64,000 nt of DNA, from positions 10,024,283 through 10,088,282 of the forward strand of contig OZ316892.1 in NCBI GenBank assembly GCA_973895155.1. The letters are read 5' to 3'. The position numbers and the translations under genes are program-made. Positions 26,321-38,899 of this stretch are shown here, piece by piece (the stretch's first letter is position 1; every line of letters begins with the position of its first letter). The notes beneath the pieces were generated by a model. That model was not told the origin of the DNA. It searched no databases and was given only the letters and a program-made list of their open reading frames with translations. Source of the stretch: Marsupella aquatica. Lineage: Eukaryota; Plantae; Marchantiophyta.

Positions 26321-28608
26321 AAGCGAGGCAAAAACCACCACCAAAGTACAACAAAATGAGAATTATTTTTAAAATTTAATATTTGAAAACCTTCTTTCTT
26401 TTACACTATTTTTCTTGTCTTGTCTTTATCTCATTGATTAGGTTGTGCACTATTTTCTTAAATATGTAAAATATTTGTCATTAAACTCCTCTCATGATAC
26501 ATGCATCACTTCCTTTGTATAGATGATATGGCATGGGGCATAGTATGGCATGGATGGTAGAGGGAGGAGCATGGGGTAGCATGGATGGTAAAGGGGAAGC
26601 CTTTGTACTTTTCTTGCTTGGCAAAGCGTGTTCACACAAAACATAATTATTTTCTCTTATTCTTCTCTTTTTAGAGTTTCCTTTCTTTCACTTAAAAAGA
26701 CTCTCCAAATTTGAAAGATTACCACTTCAAAAAGTGGCGCAACTCTGTATTATAGTTTCTGATGATATACTATGTAGGACATCATTCCATACCATGATAA
26801 AAGTAATAAGATTTTTTTAATCAGTATATATTGTCACATTTTGATGTTTATTTAATCTGTGTATATTATCACATTTTGATGTCTGATTACCTGCTGGGCA
26901 AATCGACTACACCACCTAAAATTCATTCATGTAAGCAGGTCAACTGAAAAACGAGTGATCATGAGTAATGGCAGGTTCAAGGCTGCCAAAGTCATTAAGT
27001 TATCTAGGAGACTGGTGAGGTAATGTAATTGAGACCTGTTGCAAACAGTTAGGAGACCCTTCACAGGTCGCATGTCAGTCAAAAGTGTAAACAGTGCTAT
27101 TTGAGTTAATTTAAATATTCTGAGCAAGTCCATCCAAGCTTTGCCAGCCCATCTTGGCTTTAGACAAAATAGAGGGCCATCCGAGCTTTAGTTTTTGAAT
27201 AAAGATGGGACCAAAAAAATCTCAAAAAAACACCTTATCATTTCCGTCCATCTTTTTTCCCACACGCACTTTAGTATCCCCTTAGAGTCAGAGTCTAGAG
27301 AGTCAGAGTCTAGAGACTTCACATTAGCCCTCTACCCTGCCCTCTAGAGTAGGTCTAGAGGCTTCACTCTAGACATTAGCCCTCAACAATAAGTTCTTTC
27401 TTGCCATTTGTTATTTTTTGTTATTTTTAAAAATTATAAGGGGAAGTCTGTGAAACCCCACATAAAGGGAAGTTCAATCTGCTTGTCTTGATTAGTCAAG
27501 CGCATTTCAAATTTATGGGCCAATCACTGATGGACCCTTCATATGTCCATGCCACACTTCACTAGCAAAACTAGTTACTAAATATTACCCATCAGTAGCC
27601 TTTTGTTTATGATTTTTGAAGGATTGGCTTCTGCTCTCATTCTACTAACAGATGTTTCCAAACTTTCAGATCTTCCAAGATTTTAGGAGTACCCCTAAAT
27701 ATGCATTTTGAGATCTATTCTCTACTTGTCTCTTGGTGAAAACTGTCACTTCTTTCTTTGCATATTAGGTTGTTGGTAGTTGTTTCCTTGGATAAGAGTT
27801 TGACTCAAATTAGGTGGAAAAAAATGGCTTCACCTATCACAAGTTACTCAATAGCATTTTGAGGTTTGTCCATTACTTGTCACCAATCTCGTGCTGTCGC
27901 TTCTTTCTTTGTATAGGTGTTCTCTGCTTACTTAGATTTGGTAAAAATCAAGCAAAGCAAAAAGGCATATTATCCATCACACTTGGTGCAATAATACTTT
28001 GAGATTTGTACTCTACTTAATATCTTCTAGTGGAAAAGTGTCACTTCTTCCTTTGTATTGGTCGCTGGTATTTTCTTAGATAAGAACTTGGAAAAAATCA
28101 GGCAAACTGAAAGATATACAGAAGGTTATCCATCACACCTTGCGCCATGGCGCGCACTTATGTTTTTCCCCCAAGGTATGACTGTATATAGTCAAGCTTA
28201 TTTGCAATTAATGTTTACTATTATTTGCTGAAGGAGCATACTATCTCGTCCAACTATTAATTGCTATCCTCCATACATTAACTAGTACCTCATTTCTCAA
28301 ATAGTTTTTCGTGAATTAGATCGCACAGGCTATATAACCCCAATCCCGACTCTAGATGCTCTTAGTTTACTGGTGTTGTTTTCGAAAAGAACGTAATAAA
28401 GCACAATCATGCAAAACCACTTTCAAGGCCTAAAGTCTGGAGTGAAGCCTCTAAACAGTAACTCTAAATGTTGTCAAGACTAAGAGTCATTCTAAACCAG
28501 TATAATGTGAGTCTTGCTAGTCCACACATGTTTGATTTGGTATCATATGATATTTACACGCACAATCTTCACAACTCAGGGTTTATGCGGAGGTTCATGA
28601 CATGTATG

Positions 28609-29456
28609 CTGCTGCCCACTCCACTCCAATTTTTCCAAAACATAAACCAATACTCTACAATTTTGTAACCCGCTCCGGGCCGATCAACTTTGTGCCATCA
28701 ACTGGGTAATGTTCTAGCACTCTTCACTTTTTGTCACCCACTCCCACATAGTTAACTTGGTGCCATTGACTTCTTCCTTGTGAAGTTGTGGTTTATGTTT
28801 TGCCAACACTTCGTTCCAACAATGTCAGACCCCGAGTGATACTTGCTTAGTTTGTAACAAAGTCTAAGTGTTCAAGAGGAGCCTAGTGCTTTGATAAAGA
28901 GTCATGATTGATAGAGTCTTGGTTTATGTTTTGTCAATTAATTCTTCTTGATGGAGTTGTGGTTTATGTTCTTACATCACTTTTTCCCAATGGAGTCATG
29001 CTTGCTTTGTACCAGAGTCTATCAATCAAGCAAAGCCTAGTTCTTTGGTTAAGAGTTACGATTGATAATCTTCAGTTGGTTGATGTTTTGCCAAATGCTT
29101 CTTTTCTATGGAGTTGTGGTTTATGTTCTTGCAACATTTTTTTCCAATGGAGTCATGCCTGTTTTGTAATACTTAGAGTCTATTTAAGTGTTTAGGCAAA
29201 GCCTAATAATTTGGATAACAGTCAAGATTAATGATATAGTCTTGATTTATGTTTTGGCAAACTTAGGTCTCTTGTAGCAACTTTGGAGACTTGGGCCGGA
29301 GCGGGCGACAACAAGTGGAGGGTGCCAGTCAAAACATAAACCCAAATTTGATTGCACAAAGTTGATCACGCTGGAACGGGTGCCAAAATGGTAGAGTATT
29401 GGTTTCCCGATTGGTTTAAGTTTTGACAAATTAACTTGGGGTGGAGTGGGCAGCAG
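28609..29456. mobile_element. Non-autonomous TIR element (~100-bp TIRs, probably mariner-type)
   Basis: CTGCTGCCCACTCCAC..AAACCAATACTCTAC..GATCAACTTTGTGC at the left end matches the reverse complement of 29345-29456. Flanks are TG/TA. Internal GTTGTGGTTTATGTT repeats. Confidence 0.75.
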
Positions 29457-29589
29457 TATCAGGTACTGGGATGGGCAGGTATGGGGCCCCGGGAAAATGA
29501 CGGGGAAAATGGGGCCTGAACACTAACTTGGCATAGATTTAACACGCTGTATATCTGATGGTTAGATATAGATACACATTTTTGTGCAA

Positions 29590-29910
29590 GACAAAAAAAC
29601 AGGGATGGGCAAAGATAGACAAAACGGACATGGACTGTAAATAAGGACAAAAGGGTGGACAAAAAATGCGGATAGGGCAAAGATGAACAATGGCTCTAAA
29701 TAAGGTTAACACTGACAGTTGGACAAAAATAGGGATGGGGACTAAAATTTAGAGTCATTGACCATCCCTGTTTTTTGTCCAACTGTCAGTGTTAACCTTA
29801 TTTAGAGTCATTGTTCATCTTTGCCCTATCTGCGTTGGTTGTCCACCCTTTTGTCCTTATTTAGAGTCCATGTCTGTTTTGTCTATCTTTGCCCATCCCT
29901 GTTTTTTGGT
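29590..29910. repeat. Long near-perfect inverted repeat (foldback), ~145-bp arms, ~23-nt spacer
   Basis: 29590-29738 is the reverse complement of 29762-29910 with about ten differences. Confidence 0.92.
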
Positions 29911-30769
29911 CAATCTCTAAATGGGGACTAAATGGAAAACCAGGGTGAAAAATAAGCAAGGATGGAGCAAAGACGTTCAAAGACTCTAAATGAGTACTAC
30001 AGCGTGGGTGAAAAATAAGCAAGGATGGGGCAAAGATGTTCAATGACTCTAAATGAGGACTAAAGGGAAAGCCAGGGTGAAAATAGAAAAATAAACAACG
30101 ATGGGACAACGATAAATGTGAAATATCATACTTACAATTATTTTTGTCTTATTATTTTTGTGTCTTCAATCTCTACTTACTAGAAATAGCACATGCTTCT
30201 ATTTGCAAGATTTTGTTTTGTCGTCAATTTCTATTTACAGGAAAAAGCATAGAATTTTTTATAAAAGATTTCTTTGGGTCGGCAATCTCTGTTTATATGC
30301 GGATAAGAGTTTTTTTTGGGTTTTCAATCTCTATTGGGGTATTGAAAGGGAGAAAGAGTGAAGTCGATCCTCAAGCTGTCCCGGACGAACGAGAGAGAGC
30401 TTGCTCGGATCGTGTCGCTGATCGATTGATCGCTCACTGGTTTCACGTACTCAGTATCTCCTGGACGGGAGATCTCCGCATTATCGAATTCTTCGGTGCG
30501 AGGCGGAGGTGTCCCTCATGACTATAAAGCTGTCACTGACTCCACTCATTTCCATTACTTCCACTCTTTCAGTCGTCGAAGCTGTTCTGGCTTTCGCTCT
30601 CGAGCATTACAGACAATTGCAAGAGTGAGTATAGAGTATTAGAGTTAGTGACAGTCTGCCAAGCCAGGCAGAATTACTTCCACTCTTTCAATCGGCGAAG
30701 CTGTAGTAGAATCAGTGTTTCAATCGCCGAAGCGATTCTGTCACTGGCGTGAGGACGAGCGCGCTCAGG

Positions 30770-31588
30770 ATGTCGACGGAAGGTATTAGAGCTGCTGCTC
30801 CTTCGGGGAGGCAGTATGGGAGGTTCACCAGGTACGTGATGATTTTTTGCATCATCGCAGCCAGCAGAGGTCTCATCTTCGGATACGGCAGCGGAATCTC
30901 AGGTCTGTGTTACCCCTCTCTCTCATGAAACCTCTGCACACAGAACGCTTTCGTGAGTGCGGAATTGCAAGCTTTGCAAACTGACTGTGCTTCATACTTC
31001 GAGCGCTGCAATTTCGTAAAGCATGAGTAGTTCGTCTGTGGCGTTCCCTGGAGCTCAATTGGTAACTTTGGGATTAAGAGTTCTTTGACAGGAATGGGTC
31101 TGATGAGTGTTGATGAATATGATTCGTTGGTCGATGAACAGGCGGAGTCATGTCTATGGGCAAGCTCGTGCAGAAGATTTTCCCGAAAGTTGACGGTTAT
31201 CCAGTTCTCCACCTGTTCACCTCCTCGCTTTACCTTGCGGGGCTGGTTGCCACCGTTGTTGGTGCTAAGACGACGCATACCTTGGGCCCGCGCCCATCCC
31301 TGGTTCTCGCTGGCGTCTTATTATTGATTGGAGGCATCCTGAGTGCTGCTGCCCAGGGCTTGGCAATGCTCACCATTGGCCGCATCTTACTCGGTCTGGG
31401 CATGGGTTTCGCCTGCCAGGTCGGTTCAGATTTGACCAATTCTCATCACATCATGGCTGCGCCATTTTTTTCAGTACAGGCATGAGCGTTTACGGAATTG
31501 TATTTGAAATAATTCTCTAAATTTGCGTGACATGCCGTTCGCGTGTGTGCAGGCTGTGCCTCTTTACTTGTCCACATCGAATATATAG
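30770..31588 (+). pseudogene. STP: Truncated sugar transport protein (STP, MFS sugar porter) gene
   Basis: Exons 30770-30902, 31142-31419, 31553-31588. Translation: YVMIFCIIAASRGLIFGYGSGISG|GVMSM..IFPKV..LFTSSLYLAGLVA..MLTIGRILLGLGMGFACQ|AVPLYLS, then homology is lost and TAG follows. Intron positions are typical of STP genes. Confidence 0.88.
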
Positions 31589-34032
31589 CACTTGCGTTTG
31601 TCATGAATTTCGACCATTAGCTCAACGAAAGTTTCCCAGCTGGAGCTTCGGTGATCTTCAATGTTAGCTTAAATCTCTGGACAAAATGAGTCTGATACGG
31701 AGTTTGGAAGAATAGAGTCAACCTACTAGAAAAGGCCTTATGGAAGACCAGTCTTACTTGCATGTATGGTGACGTTAGTGAATCTTTTATACAATCTGTT
31801 ACCTGATGCATTCCTCGATCAGTTTTGAGTTATGCCCACAGCCAGTGGACCAACTTACAGCAGCTTATCACTAATTAAACAGACTAATCACTTGGAGCTT
31901 AAGTTGTGGAGGAGCGAATTGGTGTCGGTATAAACTCCAACAATTAATCTAACAACCTGCATATATATAAGTGAGCTCAGGCACTTGTGGGAGAACCCCA
32001 GTGAAATTCTCCAGTCGATGGATTGGCGAATTTTAATTTAGCCTCGCAATGAAGCTAGCTGCTTGCTGGGGCCTCCACATGGCACTGCGTTCTTAATAAG
32101 TGATGCAATCATCGAACTTACTTTTCAATTTGAGTTTTAACTGCGGTATTCGGGGATGTGAAGATCTTTTCGCGCGACATTGCTCTCGTGGAGTTGGTGT
32201 TCATGATGATCTCTTTCCGTCACTTGCTGCATCGAACGAATTGATTAAAATATTTCTTTCCATGAATGCTAAATCTTCATCCCGGGCTGGTGCGGTCGAG
32301 GTAGCCTGTTCGCACTAGAAAGCCCCTGAAAACGCCACAAAAATTCACAAACATGGATCCAGGTAAAATTGATCGTATAGGCTTTATCGAAAGAGCCGGG
32401 GGTACAGCTGGCGTTTGTAGCGCTTGTAAAGGTGAGTCAGGCCACCTCCAACGCCGGTAATGGACCAAGCGGTCAGGATCAGCCCATGATCTAAGAGCAC
32501 CGAAGTCTTAGGGTCCAAACATATTGGTCAGGAAGCTGGAGTGGTACCTGGACCGCCTCCATGCGTAACAGTGATGGTCCAGATCATGCATCAGAATGCA
32601 AGGACTTTTAAGGCAATTCTGGCAACACCTTTTGATTTGTCAGCTCTCCTAGTTTGCTGTTTGTATATTTTCAACTAAAAATGACACAATCATGTTTGAC
32701 TCCAACCCTTACTCTAAGTCCAATTCAATCTATTGGCAACTGTAGAGCCTTCATGTTTCAATCCTTCACCAAATACGAAATCAAAGGGCAGTCAATCTGC
32801 TACTTCATGCTGCAAGACCAGGAGATTGGGTAAATCAGAAGCAATTCAGTCTTAACAGGAAGCGCTAACTAAGACAAAATCCAGTTTGTAATGTAGACTT
32901 TCAAGCTAAACTAAGAAACCAATTGAAAGGAAGTTCTAGCGGTCCGGAGCAACATGATGTTGAGGTTGAGTTACAGTACGGATTGGCCAATGGGATCGAC
33001 GAGTTTCTTACTTAAGCTGTATCTTGGATGAGTGATGGAAAGACGAGCAAATCCACAGGGAAACCGCTCAGCACTTCAGACTGCAAATTAGTGAACGCCG
33101 ATTCCTATTCTCAAACAATCATGATGTGTGCTGCCTGTTGATATCAACACTAAGAAGGTGCTAGAAAAGGTGCAATGCAAATTGAATATCATAAGATTTG
33201 TAAACTCTATTCCATGCTGAGAAAGAACAGACCATGTGGAGCAACTCCAGAGTGTGATTTGGTCAACCGATGTAGGAAATTCTTGATTTAGGAAAAAGTT
33301 AGCCAACAAAAATTGTTGATAATGTAGTTACTTTTACGCGTAGATGCGCGGTCTCCCCAAAAGGAAAGTCATACAAGAGTACTTTTGGGAAATGCTCGTA
33401 GGAACGTCAAACAAGGATTTCTAAAGCTTGAGAAACTGGGAATGCCCAGACGTTCTAGTAAGTGTGAACTGTTAGTCCAAGGTCAATAGAGCCAACTCCG
33501 TAAAAGCTGCCCGCACTGATTGAGTGATTGAAAGGCCCTTGACACTGAAAGAATTCTGAATCAGGAGTCTGTTTGAACACTATTGTCAACAAGTGCGGAT
33601 TCCTTACACCATTGAGCTGCTAACGCTGCTATCGATACGCAGAATCTAGTGTCAAATTAAAGTAGGATTGGTTGCATGTGAGGGCCGGGACCAGTTCAGA
33701 GCTCCCTTACGAACATTGGGACTAGCCAGCTGAGGCGGTATAATTGGTGCAACATATCCCTCGTAGCTATATTCAGCTACTTCTAGTTTCCTATAGAATT
33801 CTCATTTCACAGTGGAAATTCATATGCCTTGGGGCATCCTGTGAAAGCGCCTCAGTCGGTTCGTGTAGTTGTATCCAGCTGCAAATTCTATTTGCAATTA
33901 TCTGAGTACCTTGTTCTAATAGAGAATTCGCATCACTACAATTCTGCAATGACTTCACAGTAAAGTGTTCGCCGAGGGTACCTCCTAACATGTGATGAAC
34001 AGACCCACCAGCAACATCCTGATCTACTTCTC

Positions 34033-34971
34033 TCAAACCAAACCAACCATCTTCAACGAGTCAGCCCACAACCGATCCTCCTTCTCCTCGTCGTAAGCCA
34101 ACTTCCCATATCCCCGTTCATGAAGCGGATCCCCCTCCTTCATCGGCGGGGAGACCTGCACATCCTCCAAGTACTTGCCACCCTTCCCCTCCCACTCCTT
34201 TCCCACTGCAGCCCAGACAGTCGATGCAGCCCCCTGAGCCGTGCTCTTCAGAGAAGCGAGTAACCAGGGCTGCAACGACCAGAGAGCCAGCTGCTCTTCC
34301 GACAAATACTTCAGTTGTGGCGTGATGATGCCACCCGGGTGCACGCTCGTGGCGTGGAGCCCCTGCGGCCCAAAATGCCGATCGATGTAAATCGCCATGT
34401 AGATGTTTGCCATCTTGCTCTGCGCGAATGCCTGGAAGGGGTTGTACTCTCTTTTCTTGAAGTTAGAGTCGTCGAAACGGACCTCGCCCGTTTTGACCGA
34501 GGAGCCCGTGACGACGCGTGAGTTGAACTCCGGGGTGGACGAGCTGAGCAAACGGGGCTTCAGGAGGTTGAAGAGCAGGAAATGGGCGAGGTGATTGGTG
34601 GCAAATTGCGTCTCGAATCCGTCCACAGTCGTGGTACCTGGGGCGGGGATGGCCATCACACCCGCATTACAGACAAGGACGTTGATCACATGGCCGGTTC
34701 TGGAGTGGAACTCCGCTGCTGCGGCTCGAACGCTCTCGAGGGACGAGAGGTCAATGTAGAGGAGCTCCACGCGGCCGGGCTCGATGTCCGCGAGTACCTT
34801 CTTGCCCTTCTCAAGATCTCGTACCCCGCAGTACACCGTTGGTCCTGTGGCGGCGATCGCTCGAGCTGTCTCGATGCCGAGTCCGGAAGAGCAGCCGGTG
34901 ATTAGGAAGACTTTGTTCTTCAATTTGCCCTCCAGCCCTTCGTCCTCAACGATCTGAATGGCAGGCGTCCC
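34033..34971 (-). pseudogene. Intronless short-chain dehydrogenase/reductase (retinol-DH/WWOX-like, fungal-type), probably non-functional
   Basis: TGCSSGLG Rossmann motif, CNAGVM, FETQFATNHLAHF, HPGGI, QGAA..VWAA. The expected catalytic YxxxK reads FAQSK. The frame is open back to TGA 34972-34974 with no ATG before the Rossmann motif. GC-rich relative to the flanks. Confidence 0.85.
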
Positions 34972-35974
34972 TCACTTCCGGAAGAAGCTAGCTATGGTGA
35001 TGACGTACGAAACTTCCATGATAGGCTGAAATAAAGCTGAAGTGTAGTGGTGGCTTGGCAGTAATCGCACACAAAAAAGGGTGCACGGCGCAACCGTGGC
35101 AAGTGCTTTTACAGGTTTTAACAAATGTTTTTTAACATGATAAACTCGATGATACCATGACAGAGTAGACATAAAAAGCTTTTTGGCACTGCTATATGGT
35201 GAATCCATGAATAGTTTCGGTATTTTGTATTACTAATATTATTAGTTGTATATATATTTTATTTCAATGTGCCATTACAAGGTGCATCACTTGATTTCTA
35301 TTTTAATTTATTTGGCACCCTTTTTTATCTTGCTATCCTAAATCTCTCCTTTCTTACTACATTTCGTTTCAATAGACTCCATCCACCACCCCATTTAGCA
35401 AAATGTAGAGAATTTCTCCCAATTCTAGTGAATTAGTTCGTGGACCCCCACCTGTTTTTATTCGATTAGTGGACTACTACGTTGAGCTTCAGTGATCTGC
35501 TAGAGTAGTTGAGGTTGATCAGTCCTTATCGATCTTGTCAATGTCCTTATCGATTCTCTTTGCTTCTCCTTCTTTCTGCTCGATCTATTTGTTTCTGATT
35601 AAGATGTGCTGCGCCTCTTTTCTGTCCTCGATCAGTTCTCATTTTTCCTTTTTTCATTCAGCTTCTGATCTTTTTTGATTTTGTTTCTCCAACATTCCTC
35701 TTTACTTTGCACTTCAAGAGGCGAAACTCCTTTCGAGCTTTCCTCTTTTCATTACGTTCATCAAAAGCCTTCCTCCCTTTCGAAATGTTGATGTGCTTCT
35801 TTTGTTCTGACTATTTTATTTCGGCAGTTACACAGGAATACGGTTACTGTTTACGTTGAACACTATTTACTTTTATAAAAAAACATTTATAAATTTAAGT
35901 AAAGAGAATATGGGTGAATGTTTTTAATCTCGCCCTTTGTATCAATAGATTTGGATAAACTTTTAATTACTTTT

Positions 35975-36130
35975 ACATTATGTTTTGACGGCATGGCGTC
36001 CATAAAATTACACGAAAAGCGATATAAACAAGATGGAGAGGAGTTTTTTCTTTGCGCAAACATGACCATTCTTGTTTGTTGCGGTTGTTGCTGATGTGGC
36101 ACGCTGTGGTGCCAGGAATTTTGGAAGGAA
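35975..36130. repeat. Dispersed repeat, inverted copy at 48535-48690
   Basis: Shared CCTTCCAAAATTCCT, CAACAACCGCAACAAACAAGA and GGACGCCATGCCGT words. Confidence 0.75.
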
Positions 36131-36557
36131 CCTCTAGTGAGGTCCGTAATGAGAGAGAGAATTGATACTGTAGTATATGTAAGGTAGTGCTTGAAGTACT
36201 CATTGATACTTTCATTCCATAAGCTTATGGTTTTTCTTGTCCTTACCTAAGGCAAAGGAGTATCTTGTGAAAATTATGTGAACAATGTTTGATTGAGAGT
36301 CATTAGGGCAAGTGAGAATCTATACCTCATTTATTTGTGTACTTTATTTGTGAAAAAAATATTTTATTTCATTTATAGGTCCCTAAATGTTCCCTTTTTA
36401 TTTTTAAATATACAATTTTTAACATTAAATTGTACATTTTTGAATTCTAAATATACACTTTTTAACACTAAATTGTACATTATAATACAATACTCTACAC
36501 CTAGATGATAAATTGTAAACTTGAGAATGCAAAAAGCATTTTACTAGAATGAGTCTA

Positions 36558-36858
36558 CACTCTTCATGGTAATTAGTGTGACTAACACTAATTCAAAAGG
36601 GCCCATTTTCAGGGTCTACTTGCAAATTAATTTTGTGCTAACACTATAGTTGCGCACATGAATTAGTGTTATTATGGTCTTAAGAATGGCAAAATAGAAA
36701 AAAAAAACTATTTTGAAAAAAATACAAAACTTTATATTATTCATTTTTTACACGCAAAAGTGAATTTTTAATTTTTTTAAATAGACAAAAATTAAAGTTA
36801 CTTGGACTTTGGTACTAACACTTTGGTACTAACACTAATTCTTAATGAGTGAACAGTG
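36558..36858. mobile_element. Possible TA-flanked MITE
   Basis: TA|CACT..AATTAGTGT ... ACACTAATT..CAGTG|TA; a similar end occurs at 52561. Confidence 0.4.
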
Positions 36859-36996
36859 TACTACTAATGTAGTTGATTTAAAAAAATGAACATGGTTGTA
36901 TGTGACATAATGGCCATGAGGTTATTTCTTACCAAAATCTAAACTTTTTTAAAGGCAAATGTACACTTTATACTTGCCCAAATGTCATGATTGTAA

Positions 36997-38820
36997 GTGA
37001 GAAGCTGTAATACGACTCCCGCTCTTGAGCTGGGGCTCAATTTGTGGAGGGATAGCATCGTCTTAGCACCTCACATCAAGAATCGCTTGTTGTATAGAAT
37101 TCTTGACCTTGTGCATCGGGAACGAACTGCAGGTGAGCTTATTAATCGAGTGTTGATGCGAAATGTCATCAAAATGTTCATGGATCTTGGGCCAACTATG
37201 TTTGACGAGGACTTTGAGAAGCCTTTCCTGATAGCCACGGCGGATCACAACGGCTCATTGAACCCTGAACCCTTTGGGTTATTAAAAGAGGGCAGAACGG
37301 AGGACAAGTGTAGAATTACAGCGGGGCTATTGACTATCTTCAAGGCCAAACTCAGTTTAGAAGTACTTCTGTCTTTTCAGAGTAATGGTGAAGGTTCTCG
37401 CGGAGTTGGAGAAGTCCGGCCTCTTGCCCATGCTAGTGGATGATCAGTATGACGATTTGCTGTACTTGTATACCTATCGACGTTTTGGCAAAGGATTGCA
37501 AATTCTTCAGGAGGTTCTGAGGGACCATCTGCGAGAAGGGGGCAAACAACTTGTCATGGATCCAGAAGTATGGAAACACTCTGTGCGTTTGTACAAGCGC
37601 TACTTGATGAGAAGGACAAATCTAACCACGTCATCCGGTTGTATTTTCGGAACGATGCGAGATTTCAGAACGCTTTGAACCCGTCCTTCACATACTTCAA
37701 CATGAAGGTGCTGGAATTCCTATCTATCTCCGTAAATGAGAAATTCGGTAAAGGTAACATGAAGACAAAGGCGGAAGTTGAGATATATTGCTGGAAAAGT
37801 CATGAGGTTCTTCCGTTATTTGCAACGGAAGGATGTATTTGAGTGATACTATCAACAGCATCTGCGAAACGGAGTCCTGTCAGGCAGATACAGATACTAG
37901 CTAGACGCTTCATTCTCAAGTTGAAGACAGAATGTGGAGACCATTTCACATCTGATAAGATCTTCGTCATTTTAACTGATATCAGGACAGTATATATTTT
38001 GTATACCCAGTGTGCTTTCGATGTCATGGTCTCGTCTACCGAATCTAGTGAAGAACTTCCCGTGCTGTCTGTACGTGAAGGTGCTCGATCACACGTGATT
38101 AATGGCCAGTGCAAATTTCGTACTCAGTGTAATCTACCAACGGACCTCCTCCCTATCTGCAAAAAGTTCAAGAATCATTATTTGTCTACAAACATGGGTC
38201 GGGAGTTTGTATGGCACTCGACTTGGGAACTGCAGATCTGACAGTCACCTTTGGGAAGGGACAACAACGGCAGCTGAATGTTTCAACATATCAAATGTGT
38301 GTCCTCTCGCTTTTCGACTGCTGACACGTTACATTTCTGAGAAATTAAACTCACAAATCTACCGACAAACGGCAATCATGAGGATCTAAAGAGGACTCTC
38401 CAAGCACTAGCATGTATGAGAGGAACAACTGTCCTGTTAAAGGAGCCAATGAGCCAGAATGTTAGTGGCTAGGATTGTTTTCCTTATCAATGATAAGTTT
38501 TTGAGAAATCGTACAAAATTACGATTGGTGCAATAGTCGCTCAGACGATAATGGACCAGAAAGGCAAGAACCCCACCAGAAAGTGCACGAAAATAGGAAG
38601 GTTCAGATAGATACCAGGGATAGATTCAGCGGTGATCAGAATCATGAAGGCTAAGCTCAGTTTGGATCACAAGAACCTTTTGAAGGAGGTCACAAAGCAG
38701 TTACAGGCCCTATTTCTTCCCAATCCAGCAGCCATTGAAGAGCACATCGAGTCTCTTATAGACCGTGGTTTTCTGTTCAGAGGGATGAAGCTGACAGGGA
38801 CCGCTATATATCTCTAGCTT
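36997..38820 (+). pseudogene. CUL3: Cullin-3 pseudogene (5'-truncated, multiple frameshifts and stops)
   Basis: ELGLNLWRD..RLL..ILDLVHRERT.GELINR.LMRNVIKMFMDLG..EDFEKPFL; KLKTECG..FTS; CNLP..; C-terminal neddylation domain IRIMK...LDH..L..EVTKQLQ..FLPNP..I..IESLIDR.FL. These pieces lie in several frames. Confidence 0.92.
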
Positions 38821-38899
38821 TCCATAAAAATCAGGGCAACGTACCCCACTGACGGCCTAACTTATCTTTCAAATTTCACGTGCCGTCAGGATGATCGAT

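Noticed and set aside
32600-33100. Possible Ty3/gypsy gag zinc-knuckle/protease remnant
   Set aside because: The motifs need several frameshifts, and no LTR or RT evidence lies nearby.
34315-34905. Plus-strand ORFs overlapping the SDR
   Set aside because: They are antisense shadows of a GC-rich coding sequence.
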